Shown: positions 46,410 through 56,751 of the stretch, piece by piece | Position numbering within the stretch: position 1 is the first letter of the stretch | Layout of the letters: each line of letters opens with the position of its first letter | Assembly: GCA_000091205.1 (NCBI GenBank) | Contig: AP006499.2 | From: Cyanidioschyzon merolae | Lineage: Eukaryota | Length of the DNA stretch: 64,000 nucleotides | Strand: one strand, 5' to 3' | Translations under genes and position numbers: made by a program | The notes under the pieces: generated by a model | Told to the model about the DNA's origin: nothing | The model's input: the letters and a program-made list of their open reading frames with translations, nothing else | Databases searched by the model: none

Positions 46410-46928
46410 TCAAGGGTAAATGTATCTACCCGCCCGCAGACGCTTACCAATCTTTTTCAACTGGCCGCCTGCTATCGACTTGCGCTTCTTTTTAGACGCT
46501 TCGAGGATCAGAGGTTGTCCCACAGAGTTAAATCGCGTCAGCTTCTCGGGTCTCGTGTTCAGCACCGCACATCGACTGATGTGGATGGCGGCGTTAAAGT
46601 CCCGGTTGATGAACTCCATGCTTTTGTCGCCTCTGCTTGATCTCATCAATAAAAGGATTCCTGGAACTAGGGCCTTCAGTTCGGGTTGCTGCTCTGTCAG
46701 CTTTCGGTGCTTTTCTATCGCCGACGCGCTCCGCGGCTTTTTCTCCATCTCGAGCTTCTGGAGTGCACGCCCCAGCTCATCCCTTGGATTGTTAAAATGA
46801 ATGCATTTCATTATGCCGTTAGGTAAGGACATCATCAGGGGAAGAAGGAAATCTCGAAGAAAGGCGACACATGCCCCGATGTCACCGAGTGCAGAACGCT
46901 TCAGCGAATCAGCCAGTGGAATGATCAA
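46410..46928 (-). pseudogene. TnpB/Fanzor-like nuclease C-terminal fragment (172 codons) with the RuvC-III motif NRDFNAAIHI; the N-terminal two-thirds are missing or disrupted
   Basis: The ORF reads MIIPLADSLKRSALGDIGACVAFLRDF...RSSRGDKSMEFINRDFNAAIHISRCAVL. The motif at 46578..46607 on the minus strand matches the TnpB/Cas12/Fanzor RuvC-III consensus (D/N)RDxNAAxNI. The upstream LAxSLxxSAxGDIG segment resembles the TnpB LAKSISDAGWGEF helix. No zinc-finger CxxC pairs are present, and upstream frames contain stops. Confidence 0.45.
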
Positions 46929-47743
46929 TACGTTTCACGATAGAAAGCATTCGTTCTATGAGGTTCAACCGCGGAGTGCACGGAGGAATGAGGGGCAAAT
47001 CTACTCACATAGATGCGACAAGAGCCCGAACGCAACGGGAATGGTGAAATGTCACGTTGTCGAATAGAAGAACGTCGTCAAACGTCAGGGCGAAATCTTC
47101 AAGGATCCGACCAAGTGGTTGGTGCTGTTCTACGAGTCTTCTCTACGAGCGAACCCGAGGCCGCCAAGTGAATCCGCTGCAGCCGCACCAGACGAAGATA
47201 TCATCGTTCTGATCGAGTTCGATCGTCCATACAACGGGCTCCCTTATCCGCAAACACTCATGTCTATTCGGATCGTTTCGTCAAAAGCGAGTCTCAACGA
47301 CTGGGAAAAACAAACTGACCTCCCTATGCCTCATACCGATCGCGACGTTACAGGAATGCTGTAATCGTTGCGATTTCGGTGGAAGACGGCCGTGCGTGAC
47401 CTAGGACTCTATTGCGACTGTTTGCCAGTGTATCCTGGATTCCATGAATACGCTATTCTGAATCATTGACGCCTGTTGCGGCTACGATCGTCGCTTTTGC
47501 TTCCCGTCAGGTGATGAACACGTCGGTTTTCTTCCGTTGACCGCAAGCATTCATCGAGAATACCCCTATTTGGAGCAGAGCGCATCTACTTTCTTTCAGT
47601 GCTTCTCAACCGTCTGAGTACTGTGGTACGACGGACCTGAATCAGAGAAGCAGTCCTCCTTGCACTATGCAGGAATCAATATATCCTACATGCATTTCGT
47701 CTCCGATCTATTCCATACATTGCGTCGTGATTTCGGTCTCCTG
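46410..47743. mobile_element. Copy B of the ~1.4 kb repeated element with a TnpB/Fanzor-like remnant; inverted relative to copy A
   Basis: Positions 46816-47743 are the reverse complement of 1818-2745 at about 97% identity. From 46415 to 46815 it is diverged but homologous to 2746-3245 (for example ...gatagcaggcggccag... against ...aatagcaggctgccgg...). It sits 370 bp downstream of the ISWI stop codon. Confidence 0.5.
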
Positions 47744-49119
47744 CTATGCACTGCAAAACAGCATTCGATTCCACTTTGCGGGGATGAAACGAAATCGAGT
47801 TGGAGTACCACAGGAAATCGGCACGTCTCTGGCTCTGAATCGCCGTGCAACAAAGCCGAAATGCAAACTGCTGCCGATGGTACTGACGTGACCACTCATC
47901 CGCCAGCGTTGTGTTTCTGTCGATGGACGCTCGGTGTGATGCGCAACATCTGTTCGAGAAACCGGGCTGACGTCCATCTGCTCAAGGCCAGCTTTCGCGA
48001 TGCCGCCTGGTGCGCACGCCAGCTCCTAGTCGTCCTCCACGGGCACGAGTGACGGCATCCGACCTGGTCTCGTATCCGTAAGAAAAGCCGCTGCGGTCGG
48101 GTCATCGACTCGAGAACTTGCGCATCACGAGCGTTTTCAAATCGGGGCATACAACAGCGACGACGACACGCGGTTCACGCGGGAACGCAGAAAAAGGCCC
48201 AGGATCTACGAGGACAAGTTTGGTTACTGGAACATGGAGCCAGGACCTGGGACGATGGATGCTTTCCCGATCGCTGATATCAAGGTCGCCATCGGGTATC
48301 CGGGGTTCGCATCAACGGTTTGTCGATGAGAGAGACCTCAGGGCGTGTTGAAACAGAACGTCCACATTTCTGTCCTATATGGACATATGCACGCACAGCC
48401 ATGGAATCGTGTCGTGCACACGCGCAATCCTCGCCCAGATGGACAGGCGATATTCGCAGCAGCCGTGGAGTCCGAGCCTCCACATTTGCTCATCCGATGG
48501 AGAGCACCTTTTACAGCTGCCATAGATCCCGTAGATGTCATTTCGATCACGGATGCACGCCCATTGACGCGACGATGGCGACTGCAATCAAAGCGCAACA
48601 CAAACAGCGCCGATGGACGCGCAAGGCACATCCAGAGGACTGCCGTTCACCCCGACGATACCCCGCAACTGTCGTGCAAACGGTTCCACGTACACGTACC
48701 TGCCACTTCTCGGAGACAAACAGAAGTATCATCGATCGAAGCGAGCGCTTCTGATCGCGAACAGCGCCATGTCACCGATACAAGCTTCAACGAGAAGCGC
48801 GCACGACCTCTCCCCTCCCGAGATAACCGCACGTTCCGCATCCTATCCAGGCAGCAGGACAGCATCGCTGACAAAAGCGCGCGTTTCACAGGATCGCTGA
48901 AGCAACCACCACCACCAGCACCAGCACCAGCACCACCACCACCACCACCACACCAAGCTACGATCTTTACGCCAAAAGGCAGGCAGAGATAAGGAGGCAG
49001 GCAGCCGCCTCTCAGCTCTGAACGATGACGCCATTGACGCATGCGATGAGGAGAAACATCCAGATTTGGCGCGCTCCGTATGCATGCAAGGCGCTGCGCT
49101 CGCATCCGTCTGGGTAGCG

Positions 49120-50424
49120 TCATGAGAGGAAGCGCGTGTTCGCTGCAGCCCACTCGAACAGCAGCGGATGCGCTTTATAAGCTAGATAGACGAAAACCAA
49201 CACCCCAATGTAGGCCGGGCGCAGCATCTCTTGTATTGCGACACGTGGCGACTGCTTCCCTTGCAGCATACTCCAGAAGGGCCAGAGGCTTGTTCGCTCA
49301 GCAAACGCGTCCCAAGTTGCGGCACCAAATCGTTGACGGAGTCGACGATCACCGTGCCAAGCGGCTATAAAGTGATGGCCGATGAGTGCACAACTAACCG
49401 TAATCGCCATCGAACTCCCTATCCAGGCGCCGTGGGCCAGGCACCAGAGGAACTGGCCCCACAGCTGCGGGTGGCGCGTCACACGCATGATACCCTGCTC
49501 GAAGAGGCGGACTGTTGGCCGCTTGATTGCGGATACTTGCGCTAGGTCCAGCGTCGCTGGATACAGAAACAGGAAGGATATGGCGCTTACGACCCAGACC
49601 ATTTCGTGAAAGAAAGGAAAATGTGCGGGGAGGTCCTGTTGCAACCAACTGAAACTGATGCCGTCACGTCGATGAGCTAGGAAGTAGGCCACGGTTACAC
49701 CAGCTGTTGGTAGGGACATGAACGCGAAGAGCACGCGGTAGAGACGCTCGCCGAGAAGCTCAGCGGCCCTGGGGCGCAATGCAGCACCACCAGAGTGCAG
49801 CACAGCGAACACGGTATACAGAACTAGCATTCTTAAGTGCGTGTCGAGGTTGACCTGGTCATGCCAACTCCAGTAGGTCGGCAGTAACCATCCGAGTCCG
49901 AAGAAAGCGCAACCCAGCCACAGTGCAACCTGTGACTCGCGTCGACCTCTTGATGTCTGTTGAGCTGCAGCGGTCTCTGCGGAATGCCCCGAGTCGACGT
50001 TGCTCATGCGGCACGGGGACCGGCTCAGAGCGAACAAGAAAGCATTCGCTTCGTAGCGCCTGTAGTGATACGATCCTCGTTTTGCTGCTGCAGGTACTGC
50101 TGTTATGCCAGCTCGTGGCGCACAGAGGAGCCAGGATCGCCGTCGACTTGCGGTGAGTCCGACTGGAATAAAGCAGAGCGCCTTTGCTGGCATCTGACCG
50201 CTGAGGTGTCGCTTCTGAGGACTCGCCCGGAGGCGCTCCAATGCCTGGGCGCTCCGAACACCCCGGCGCTCAAGCGTGAAACCTGCGCGTACGCTAAACC
50301 AAGCGCAAAGAGCGGGGCGAGTTCCGGACCATGACGTCGCCAGAGGTATCAAAGTCGGCGCTTCGCCAGGTCTGCGTTTATGCGCATTCATCCTCCGTAG
50401 CACACGGCGGTCTTCGGTACTCAT
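49120..50424 (-). CDS. NnrU-family membrane protein resembling 15-cis-zeta-carotene isomerase (Z-ISO), with a long Arg-rich N-terminal extension
   Basis: The C-terminal 230 aa are polytopic with IMRVTRHPQLWGQFLWCLAHGAWIGSSMAITVSCALIGHHFIAAWHGDRRLRQRFG...TSLWPFWSMLQG, the His-containing pattern of NnrU/Z-ISO. The listed ORF starts on TTG at 50460; the first ATG is at 50422-50424. The true start could be as far downstream as about 50007 (MSNVDSG...). Confidence 0.5.
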   Translation of the reverse strand: MSTEDRRVLRRMNAHKRRPGEAPTLIPLATSWSGTRPALCAWFSVRAGFTLERRGVRSAQALERLRASPQKRHLSGQMPAKALCFIPVGLTASRRRSWLLCAPRAGITAVPAAAKRGSYHYRRYEANAFLFALSRSPCRMSNVDSGHSAETAAAQQTSRGRRESQVALWLGCAFFGLGWLLPTYWSWHDQVNLDTHLRMLVLYTVFAVLHSGGAALRPRAAELLGERLYRVLFAFMSLPTAGVTVAYFLAHRRDGISFSWLQQDLPAHFPFFHEMVWVVSAISFLFLYPATLDLAQVSAIKRPTVRLFEQGIMRVTRHPQLWGQFLWCLAHGAWIGSSMAITVSCALIGHHFIAAWHGDRRLRQRFGAATWDAFAERTSLWPFWSMLQGKQSPRVAIQEMLRPAYIGVLVFVYLAYKAHPLLFEWAAANTRFLS

Positions 50425-51019
50425 ATCCGGATTGCAGCAAAGCGAACCTGGAACGCCCAATATACTTCAGTCTTTTCGGTATGAAACCAATGTAGTGCAA
50501 CCTATTCAGACTTCGATTTATCTGATCACAGGTTATCGGGTCCGATACAAGTGGTTGGAAAGCGAATTTTTCGCAGCGCTCGCACACAACCCGTCGCTCC
50601 AAAGCGTTTCTTCACCGTGTTCTGGGCAGTTCGCGCGAGCGCTGCTCGCTCTCCGGGACCCTGACTCGATACGTGCCGTCTCTTGCGCGCTCTGGACGCT
50701 TCTTCTCACGAGAAGCACCGCTGAGGCACGCTGTAAAGCGCAACACGCTAGTGCGAAGCGCTGGAACCGTCACTCTCGAAGCGCCTCCTGAGGGGAAACG
50801 CTTTTCGATGCGCGTTCCGCGAGCCTCCTTCGAAAAGATAACGCAATCGAACCTATTCTTCTACTACTCGGGTACCTCGGAAAGCACCGTTCGAGTTCGT
50901 CTAGTGTTCCCAAAAGTTGACCCGAGTCCCGCCTCGGGCTCCGCTGGTGAGGCAGCAGGCAGTAGCGGGAACGGCGCGACGCGTTTCGCCGCCCTCGCTG
51001 TAGCCAGCTTGCGCCATAC

Positions 51020-54000
51020 ATGAAGCCGGCATTACCAGTATCCGCTGAAGCGCTTTCTTTCGTTCAAACTTTCAACTTAGCGAATTCTAATATGTTGCTG
51101 GGCTTTGTCACCAGCCCGTGGTGTGGCACAAATACTCGCTGGCAAGGCTTTGGACTGCACAAGAGAGCTTGCAGGGCCTCGTCAGCGCACTGCGTTCAGC
51201 GGCGTACCGCAAAGCGCGCTCACTGGCGCTGCGTCGATGCGGCTCCGGTCTCTGAGCGTCCTGATCAAGAGTCATCACAACCAATTTCACAGATTATTCG
51301 GTTCTATCGTTATCTAGGTTTGGATCCGTTGGCGATGAGCGCAGCCAAAGTGGCTTACCGTCAGGCCGCGACGTATATGGGGCTTTTGCCCGAGCCGATT
51401 CCCTCCTTCAGCGTTGAACGAGAGGATTGCTTCTATGTTCTCTGGGATACGAAGGCAGGCGATATCACAGAGACCGAGTTGGGTGCCTTGCGCTGGCTAC
51501 TCTCCGAGACCTTTGAGCCGGAGCGCTTCCGAGAGGGTGTACCCTTCTTGAACCAACGCGTACTCGAGTTTGGTCCGCGTCTCAACTTCCAGACAGCGTG
51601 GTCGTCGAATGCAGTGAGTATTTGCCAGGCGTGCGGCCTCAGGAACGTGCGAAGAATTGAGCGAAGCCGTCGTTATTTTCTAGAGCCAGAAGTACCATCC
51701 AATGCACTCGCTGGGGAAGCGCACCAAATCCTCTCGAGCACGCACTTCCAAGACGCGTTATTCGAACGCCTCCACGATCGTATGACCGAGCAGCTCTATA
51801 AGGAGCCTCTTCGCTCTCTGGACACACACATGAAACCCGCGGACGTGTATCGCATTCCGCTGCTGCAAGAAGGCGAAGGCGCCTTGCGACGTGCCAGCGA
51901 GGAACTCGGTCTCAGCTTCGATGACTGGGACATCCACTACTACGCCCAGATGTTTCGTGAGCTTGGACGGGATCCAACGAATGTAGAGCTTTACGACATT
52001 GCCCAGTCCAACTCGGAGCATTCACGACACTGGCTCTTCCGCGGGATCGTGGTGATCGACGGCCACGAAATGCCGTATTCGCTCATGGACTTGGTACGGG
52101 AGCCGCTGCGTCGACATCCCGGCAACTCGGTATTGGCCTTTTGCGATAATGCCTCGACCATAAGAGGCCTCGGTCCGGTGCCCGTCCTGATACCGTCCAG
52201 ACCCGATGCACCATCACCCTATCTTCTACACGACATGGATTACGATGCCTTGATGACGGCGGAAACACACAACTTTCCGTCGGGGGTTGCGCCTTTCGCT
52301 GGTGCCGAAACAGGAGCCGGAGGTCGCATTCGTGATACCGCTGCCACTGGGAGAGGCTCCCTGGTTATAGCAGGAACAGCAGGGTACAGCGTGGGAAACC
52401 TCCAGATTCCAGGTTATCCGTTGCCTTGGGAAGACGGCTCGTTTGCGTACCCCGAGAACCTGGAATCGCCACTGAACATCTGTATCCAGGCGAGCAACGG
52501 AGCCAGCGACTATGGCAACAAGTTCGGCGAGCCGCTCATCCAAGGTTTCTGTCGTTCGTTTGGCCTACGGGTACTGTCCCAGAACCAGCGACGGGAATAC
52601 GTCAAACCGATCATGTTTAGCGGTGGTGTCGGTATGATGGATCACCAGCACGCCCACAAACAAGCACCAGAGTGCGGCATGCTTGTGGTGAAAGTCGGAG
52701 GCCCTGCGTATCGGATCGGCTTGGGAGGTGGCGCTGCCTCCTCGATGCTCCAAGGCGAGAATCAGTCGCACTTGGATTTCGATGCCGTCCAACGTGGTGA
52801 TGCAGAAATGGAGCAACGAACGTATCGAGTGCTGCGGGCGTGCGTGGAACTCGGACCCAACAACCCGATTGTGAGTTTGCACGATCAAGGTGCCGGTGGT
52901 AACTGTAATGTTGTCAAGGAGCTGATCTACCCGCTGGGGGCTCGCATCGATGTCCGACGCGTGATTCTCGGGGATCAGTCGTTGTCGGTGTTGGAAATAT
53001 GGGTTGCGGAATATCAAGAGCAGTTCGGTTTGTTGCTACGCCCATCATCGCTTCCCTGTTTTGAGAAGCTCTGCGAGCGAGAGAACGTGCCCCTAGCGGT
53101 GCTCGGCGAGATAGACGGCAGTGGGCGCATCACGCTCTACGACAGTCTTCGAGACGAAGTAGTGGTCGACCTGGACCTCGAACGCGTTCTCGGCAAGTTG
53201 CCTCGCAAAGTGTTTCGCGACTCGCGAGCGTCACGTACCCGCCCGACTCCTCTGGCTCTGCCGTTTCTCAACGCATCGACACTACGGACGGAGTCGCCAG
53301 CGGAACTTTTGCGCATACTCGATCGGATGCTGCGTCTCGTGTCGGTCGGGAGCAAGCGATTCCTAACCACCAAAGTGGATCGATCCGTGACCGGTCTGAT
53401 TGCTCGACAACAAACTGTGGGTCCAGTGCAGCTGCCGCTCGCGGACGTTGCCGTCGTCGCACAGAGTCACTTCAGCACCTACGGAACTGCGATCGCTATC
53501 GGGGAGCAATGTGTGAAAGCGCTCATCTCACCGGCAGCGATGGCTCGAATGGCGGTTGCGGAGATGCTCACCAATATGGCTGGAGCGCGGATCAGCGCTT
53601 TTACGGATATCAAGTGCGAAGGCAACTGGATGGCCGCGGGCAAGCTACCCGGCGAGCTCGTTGATATGTACGAAGCAGCCGAAGCGCTCAGCGACACGCT
53701 CACAACACTCGGTATCGGCATCGATGGTGGCAAGGATAGCGTCAGCATGGCTGCACGGTGCCCGGGCGAGCGTGATCCCGTCCGGGCACCTTTAACGCTC
53801 GTCCTCAGCGGCTATGCGCCTGTTCCGGATGTGATGCAGGTCTTGACGCCGGACCTCAAACGTCCCGGTGAAAGCGTCATCATTCTGATTGATCCGAGTC
53901 GCGGTGCACGTCGTCTCGGTGGAAGTGCGCTGGCCCAGGTGTATGGGCAGGTCGGTGACTCTTGCCCGGATCTTGATGATCCTGTGCTGCTGCGTCAAGC

Positions 54001-55351
54001 CTTTGAGGCTGTGCAGATGCTCCAGGATCGCCAGCAGGTGCTTGCGTATCATGATCGTTCCGATGGTGGCTTGTTGGTTGCGCTTCTGGAAATGGCGTTT
54101 GCCGGCAACTGCGGCCTTGACCTGCTGGTGGATGCCCAGGACGTTGGCGAGCTTTTCGCCGAAGAGGTTGGGATGCTGGTGGAGATCGCCGCCTCCGATG
54201 CGCCCTCGGTGCTGGAGTGGCTACGCTCCCTGGACTCGCGAAGGCCGCTCCCGTGTCGACTGGTTGCCCGAACCCGTCGCGACACGCAGCTGCATTTTCG
54301 TGCAGGTGCTGCTGCTGCTGCTGCTGCTGCACTAGAGCGTCAGCCGTTGCTGGATCTGGAAGTACGCTTCGCTGCGCACTTGTCCGCGGATATGCGCGAC
54401 TTGCGGGCGCTCTGGGAGGAAACGTCCTTCCAACTGGAGGCGCTGCAAGCGAACCCCATTTGCGTGGAGGCCGAACGTCAGGCCTGTTACGATCGCCGGG
54501 GCCTCACATACGTCGTCCCGTATACAACCGAGCCAACGAATCTGCAAAACTATCCACGTACACAGCTCTCACCGCCACGAGTAATGATTTTGCGTGAGGA
54601 GGGCTCCAATGGCGATCGTGAGATGGCAGCAGCGTTTCAGCTGGCGGGCTTCGAGGTGCACGACGCCACCATGCGCGACATTCTTGCTCGTCGCGTTACT
54701 CTCGATGCTTTTCAGGGTATTGCGTTTGTAGGTGGCTTCAGTTTCGCGGATGTCCTCGGTTCAGCGAAAGGCTGGGCGGGTGTCATTCGTTTGCGTTCTG
54801 AGGTGGCTGCGCAGTTCGAGCGCTTTCGGCATCGACCGGATACGTTTTCGCTCGGCGTTTGCAACGGTTGTCAGCTGATGGCGCTGCTCGGCTGGGTACC
54901 GGGGCGTTTCGTACGAAACGAGTCGGAACGATTTGAGTCACGCTTCAGCTTGGTACGTATTAATCCGGATCATCCATCCATCATGTTACGAGGTATGGAG
55001 AACGCAGTTCTTGGTGTATGGGTCTCGCATGGCGAAGGTCGGGCAATCTTCCCGGCTGGTGATCGACCGTCCGTTATCCCCATGCAATATGCGGACGATC
55101 TTGGTCGTGCGGTCTCAGTTACCGACAAGAATCGTGGCTACCCGTTCTGTCCGAATGGGAGTGTGGAAGCCGTCGCGGCGGTTGTGAGTGCCGACGGGCG
55201 GCACCTGGCCATGATGCCGCATCCGGAACGGACCATACATCTATGGAACTGGGCGCATCTGCCGGAGGATTATCGTCGTAAGTGGAAGGTATCGCCGTGG
55301 TTGCGTCTTTTCCAGAACGCGCGACAATGGTGCGAGGAGCTTGCCAGCTGA
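51020..55351 (+). CDS. purL: Phosphoribosylformylglycinamidine (FGAM) synthase, large single-chain type
   Basis: The 1443 aa protein has an N-terminal domain, an AIR-synthase-like FGAM synthetase core (HNFPSGVAPFAGAETGAGGRIRD, GEPLIQGFCRSFG, MMDHQHAHK) and a C-terminal class I glutamine amidotransferase (PRVMILREEGSNGDREMAAAFQLAGFEVHDATM, GGFSFADVLGSAKGWAG, CNGCQLMALLGW, MMPHPER). The start is ATG at 51020, and the first 90 aa or so are Arg-rich and presequence-like. Confidence 0.92.
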   Translation: MKPALPVSAEALSFVQTFNLANSNMLLGFVTSPWCGTNTRWQGFGLHKRACRASSAHCVQRRTAKRAHWRCVDAAPVSERPDQESSQPISQIIRFYRYLGLDPLAMSAAKVAYRQAATYMGLLPEPIPSFSVEREDCFYVLWDTKAGDITETELGALRWLLSETFEPERFREGVPFLNQRVLEFGPRLNFQTAWSSNAVSICQACGLRNVRRIERSRRYFLEPEVPSNALAGEAHQILSSTHFQDALFERLHDRMTEQLYKEPLRSLDTHMKPADVYRIPLLQEGEGALRRASEELGLSFDDWDIHYYAQMFRELGRDPTNVELYDIAQSNSEHSRHWLFRGIVVIDGHEMPYSLMDLVREPLRRHPGNSVLAFCDNASTIRGLGPVPVLIPSRPDAPSPYLLHDMDYDALMTAETHNFPSGVAPFAGAETGAGGRIRDTAATGRGSLVIAGTAGYSVGNLQIPGYPLPWEDGSFAYPENLESPLNICIQASNGASDYGNKFGEPLIQGFCRSFGLRVLSQNQRREYVKPIMFSGGVGMMDHQHAHKQAPECGMLVVKVGGPAYRIGLGGGAASSMLQGENQSHLDFDAVQRGDAEMEQRTYRVLRACVELGPNNPIVSLHDQGAGGNCNVVKELIYPLGARIDVRRVILGDQSLSVLEIWVAEYQEQFGLLLRPSSLPCFEKLCERENVPLAVLGEIDGSGRITLYDSLRDEVVVDLDLERVLGKLPRKVFRDSRASRTRPTPLALPFLNASTLRTESPAELLRILDRMLRLVSVGSKRFLTTKVDRSVTGLIARQQTVGPVQLPLADVAVVAQSHFSTYGTAIAIGEQCVKALISPAAMARMAVAEMLTNMAGARISAFTDIKCEGNWMAAGKLPGELVDMYEAAEALSDTLTTLGIGIDGGKDSVSMAARCPGERDPVRAPLTLVLSGYAPVPDVMQVLTPDLKRPGESVIILIDPSRGARRLGGSALAQVYGQVGDSCPDLDDPVLLRQAFEAVQMLQDRQQVLAYHDRSDGGLLVALLEMAFAGNCGLDLLVDAQDVGELFAEEVGMLVEIAASDAPSVLEWLRSLDSRRPLPCRLVARTRRDTQLHFRAGAAAAAAAALERQPLLDLEVRFAAHLSADMRDLRALWEETSFQLEALQANPICVEAERQACYDRRGLTYVVPYTTEPTNLQNYPRTQLSPPRVMILREEGSNGDREMAAAFQLAGFEVHDATMRDILARRVTLDAFQGIAFVGGFSFADVLGSAKGWAGVIRLRSEVAAQFERFRHRPDTFSLGVCNGCQLMALLGWVPGRFVRNESERFESRFSLVRINPDHPSIMLRGMENAVLGVWVSHGEGRAIFPAGDRPSVIPMQYADDLGRAVSVTDKNRGYPFCPNGSVEAVAAVVSADGRHLAMMPHPERTIHLWNWAHLPEDYRRKWKVSPWLRLFQNARQWCEELAS

Positions 55352-56751
55352 TCGCACCGAGGTACGCTCGAAGGCGGTTCACCTGGTGCGCTTTCGGATG
55401 CTACTCGAGGATGCAAACGGAGACGCAACGAGTAGCCCGCTTGTCGCTGCCGCCGCCGCTGCTGCTGCTGCTTCTGCTGGTTGTGGTGGATAGGGTGATG
55501 GTCATGGTGCGCACGCGCTTACGTTTCAAACGTTGCTGAGAGCTGCACCCTAAAGAGCGCCGCTGTTGCTACGATCTTCTTGGCTTCGGGGTGTGAGCGT
55601 GCAAGCCGCACTGCGTATCGCGATGCGTCCCGCTGGACACCACAGACATCAGGAGGCCGCGAGTCGATATACTTAGTGGTATGACAAAGCCGTTCTTTCT
55701 CCGTGCTACGCTCGTACGCGTGCTGCAGCACGAATGCAGATGCTCATGGACGATGCGGGGTAGGGTAAAACCCACGACACCATCAGCATCATCGACAGGA
55801 GGTCTGGGTCATGAAAGTTGGGAAACAGGGCGTAGAATGCTGCTGGGCGCTTTCCCGGATGCCGATATTCACCACGCAGCCACGAGAATACCTGGTCGAC
55901 GTAAATATTCTGTTGATCGGAGAAAACAATACCAGCGTCCTCTGCCCGGCTTGTCGCCGGTATGCACCCATCGAGGAGCGTGTGATTCGGTGGAACGACC
56001 CCAGACACCTGAAGCAATGACCCGGGATGAACGCTCGAAGCTTGCCTGGGCCTTGGAAGCGCACTCGTGCCCTGGAGTCAGCATCGATACGAAGAAGAGC
56101 GCTGCATTGCCCGACTGATTATGTTGCGGCATTCGCAGCAGACGATGATTCCTGTGCGCTTCGTTGCTTATGGATTATCTGGTTCCTTTTTTCAGTGGTG
56201 ACATGCTTAGCGAGTGGCAAGGTATGGTCAGCGCTGACTGCACATCACACGGCTGCATTGCCGGATTGGAAATACATCCAAGAGCGGCATGCTCATTCAT
56301 GTTAGCCGGCTGGAAGAAACGCATGGAACACGCAGACGCGCGTGTGCGTCTCCTGAAACACTGCAGCAAACCGCAGCAGCTTCATGATGATCCAAGAAGC
56401 AAGCAAAATACCTGGCATGCTGTTGAGCGCTGAGCGCTCTGACGCACGAAATACCACGTGCTTGGATCGCACACCGAAGGTGTCATGATAAAGCGATGCG
56501 TCGTGGGGTATTCACCGAGTTGTCGATTTCTGTGCGAGCAATATCCGGAGCACTTGCTTTTTTCGAATTTATATATAACGATGCGGGGTCGAGTATGCGA
56601 TACACACGCTTTGTTCATGGATGCTCGCTTGCGGGGCAAGTCATGTTTGGTGTGCGTCGTGCGCACGACGCTGGCGGTTGCTAACCTGTCTGTGTGGCGA
56701 GGTATCGTCGCTGTCCGCCAGATACGTGGATCGCGATGCCGTAACGCCCTC

